Notes under the pieces: generated by a model
The model's input: the letters and a program-made list of their open reading frames with translations, nothing else
What the model was told of the DNA's origin: nothing
Database searches by the model: none
From: Balanoglossus misakiensis
Lineage: Eukaryota > Animalia > Hemichordata
Length of the DNA: 64,000 bases
Direction of reading: 5' to 3'
Assembly (NCBI GenBank): GCA_040954595.2
Contig: CM082581.2
Span: 12,026,286 to 12,090,285 of the forward strand
In this document: positions 61,703 through 64,000 of the stretch, piece after piece
Layout of the letters: each line of letters begins with the position of its first letter
Numbering within the stretch: the first letter of the stretch is position 1
Position numbers and translations under genes: made by a program

Positions 61703-64000
61703 CTGGATTGTTCCAAAGAGAGATGAGGAATAAAAAACACACATAAATCAGCCATGATGCCACTTCAACATTTCATGGAATGAGCAGCGTTCTCCCATGG
61801 ACCCTAACATCTGTAAAACCTTGGGCAGGAAGAACACTGCTGTACACAATCACAGAATCACAAAACCCTCTCAAAAAGGGTAAAACATCTCGCTCTCACA
61901 ACCTGGTACTGACTGCATACAGGGTTTGTTCATTTCCCGACAACATAAAAACTTGTGTGCAATTTCGTTTTGCAAGATTTCAATTCATAAATGTACATGT
62001 ATGATGGGTAAGAAATGAACAAACTCTGCAGTCTGGACTTTCAAAACCATTTTTACAAAGTAGTTTTTCAAGGATTCTCTCAAGTTTGGACGAGGTGCTG
62101 ATATCCAATGTGACCGACTCCAGAGAAACACCAACATTTTGAGAGAGTGGGAAAGTTGAGGGAACAATCAGTCCTCTCTCTTACTTGAAGAAGCCTTCAG
62201 TCCGTACGTACCACCCTCACAAAGTTTCATCGCGCTTTCAAAAACCAATACTGTACAATTTCAACTTGCTTTGCAAGCTTACAAGTACATTTGTCTACTT
62301 TCTTACCAAATAAGAAGTAGAGAAGTCCACCTTTCGTCACAGGACAGAATTCTACCACAATGTTTTCCAGCACGGCTGAATATGCTTTCTTCTACTTTCA
62401 ATTTAAGATTACGTTTCATGACATACAAGTTTATGAATTTTTTTGGAAGAAAGTCAAAAAGACATACCATATAATTCAAATAAGCTGCAAGCTTAGCACA
62501 TTTTGCACTGCATGAAAATTCCCCTTCAATTATTTGCATGTTAAAACCATCTTACAGCTTGGAGCATTTACATGTACTAGGAGATGATTTTTACACAGAC
62601 AGATGATGCTGAAAAAATTCTTACAGTAAAAAGTAAGGTCCATGATTAGGTGTGTTGACACTATTTTTATGAGTGATACCACTGGTTTTCCAGCATATGA
62701 GACATATACCCACTTACACGTACTTGCCACTATTTTATCGGGTTGCCAAGTGTGTGTGTGTGTATCTATGAACCTGTGTGCATAATGTTAAAAACAATGT
62801 CGCACATTGCATGGAACCAATTTTGCAGAATATCGTAAGTGCCAAACCAGTGTCAAAACATTCTCAGTGTGACACCAAAAAAGGCTAAATCACATGTATA
62901 GGACAGGAGCTAATAAAATTAAAATTGGATGGAACTGAAATGGGCATGATTATCATCTTTACCTCTTCATGCAAGCAAAATAAAACACCACCAAGCAAAA
63001 CAGCCTAGCATTCAAGCAAATTCGGAACCGAAAGAACTGATATTCAGCTGCTCGAGTACTATTATGGTAGAAGTTAGACGGTTACCAAAATGGTTCTGGC
63101 AAAGGCTCAGTAAACATAGTTCTAAATTACTTGAATTCGTTTTTTTTTCAGCAGAATAATTAAAGTCCAAGCTACATAGAACTATGTTCACTCTAAAAGA
63201 CCAAATACCAACCGACCCCCAAAATTCACGACTGTCTCGGCTTTGATTTTAGTCTCCTTCGAGAAAACCCAAAGCTGTACAAAGCAAGTTGAATCGCTAC
63301 CCATCACCATTATATTTCACAGGAGGAAAAACATTTTTGAACAAAGAATATAGTAAGGATTAGGTATAAGTTTTGTGACAAGCTTCAAGCAAGGTCTCTA
63401 AATCAAACGAGTAGAAAAACAAAAGGAAATTTTTATGCAAGAAACCTTTTTTCATCATAAATTTTTTTTTTTTTTGTAATGACACCTCGCAATCACAAAG
63501 ATATAAGCAAGAAAAAAAGGTGAAAGTCAAAGAAATGAAAGATTGATTTTGTGTCTAGATCTGCCATGCTTCTCAATGATCAAATGCTTCATAAAATTTT
63601 AATATTGGATTGTTTTGAAGGCCACAGAACGCTTTTAAGTCTGTAGCGGAGCAAAATGGGGACAAGAATGAAGCAGTGCTAAAAGGCCCTGCTGAGTTTA
63701 TGAGGGAAACATAATGGTGAGGGTATTGTTACCATGACAACAGGCTCGATAGGAATGATAGCTTCCCACAAGATTTACAAACTTCAATCCAAAAAGATTT
63801 CAAAACAGATGGTTTTGTTGGTGTACTTCCTGTCAGCTTTCCCAGATTATGGCATTATTAATGAGCTACATGAAGCTACCACTTTTATAAAATTATGATT
63901 TATGTTTTAGCAATTTAGGGACAGTAATGCGTGTATCCACTAGCTTCTTGTTCTACTCCCTACAGCATGTTGATATGCCCAGTATTCAACTTGTCATCAC

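Overview
Eukaryotic (animal) genomic DNA, AT-rich, with compact intron-rich genes. The gene content (SoxH/SOX30, a PGC-1/PRC-type gene, a Knickkopf-like DM13/DOMON gene) points to an invertebrate bilaterian, probably a lophotrochozoan or invertebrate deuterostome; the species cannot be named from this window. Positions ~1-29.9 kb contain no recognisable protein-coding sequence: only small repeats, MITE-like elements, one near-perfect palindrome and a few candidate minus-strand 5' exons. Positions 29.9-64 kb hold five spliced genes that I reconstructed by hand, checking exon phases: Knickkopf/Skeletor-like (-, 15 exons, one GC-AG intron), DHX34 (+, 26 exons, with a Helentron-type non-autonomous element in intron 21), SOX30/SoxH (-, 5 exons), a divergent DM+DMA Dmrt gene (+, 7 exons), and a 5'-incomplete PGC-1/PPRC1 gene (-). 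The most notable arrangement is SoxH and Dmrt, two gene families linked to testis/sex differentiation, lying head-to-head with start codons ~1.4 kb apart and DM-protein-like binding sites in the shared spacer.
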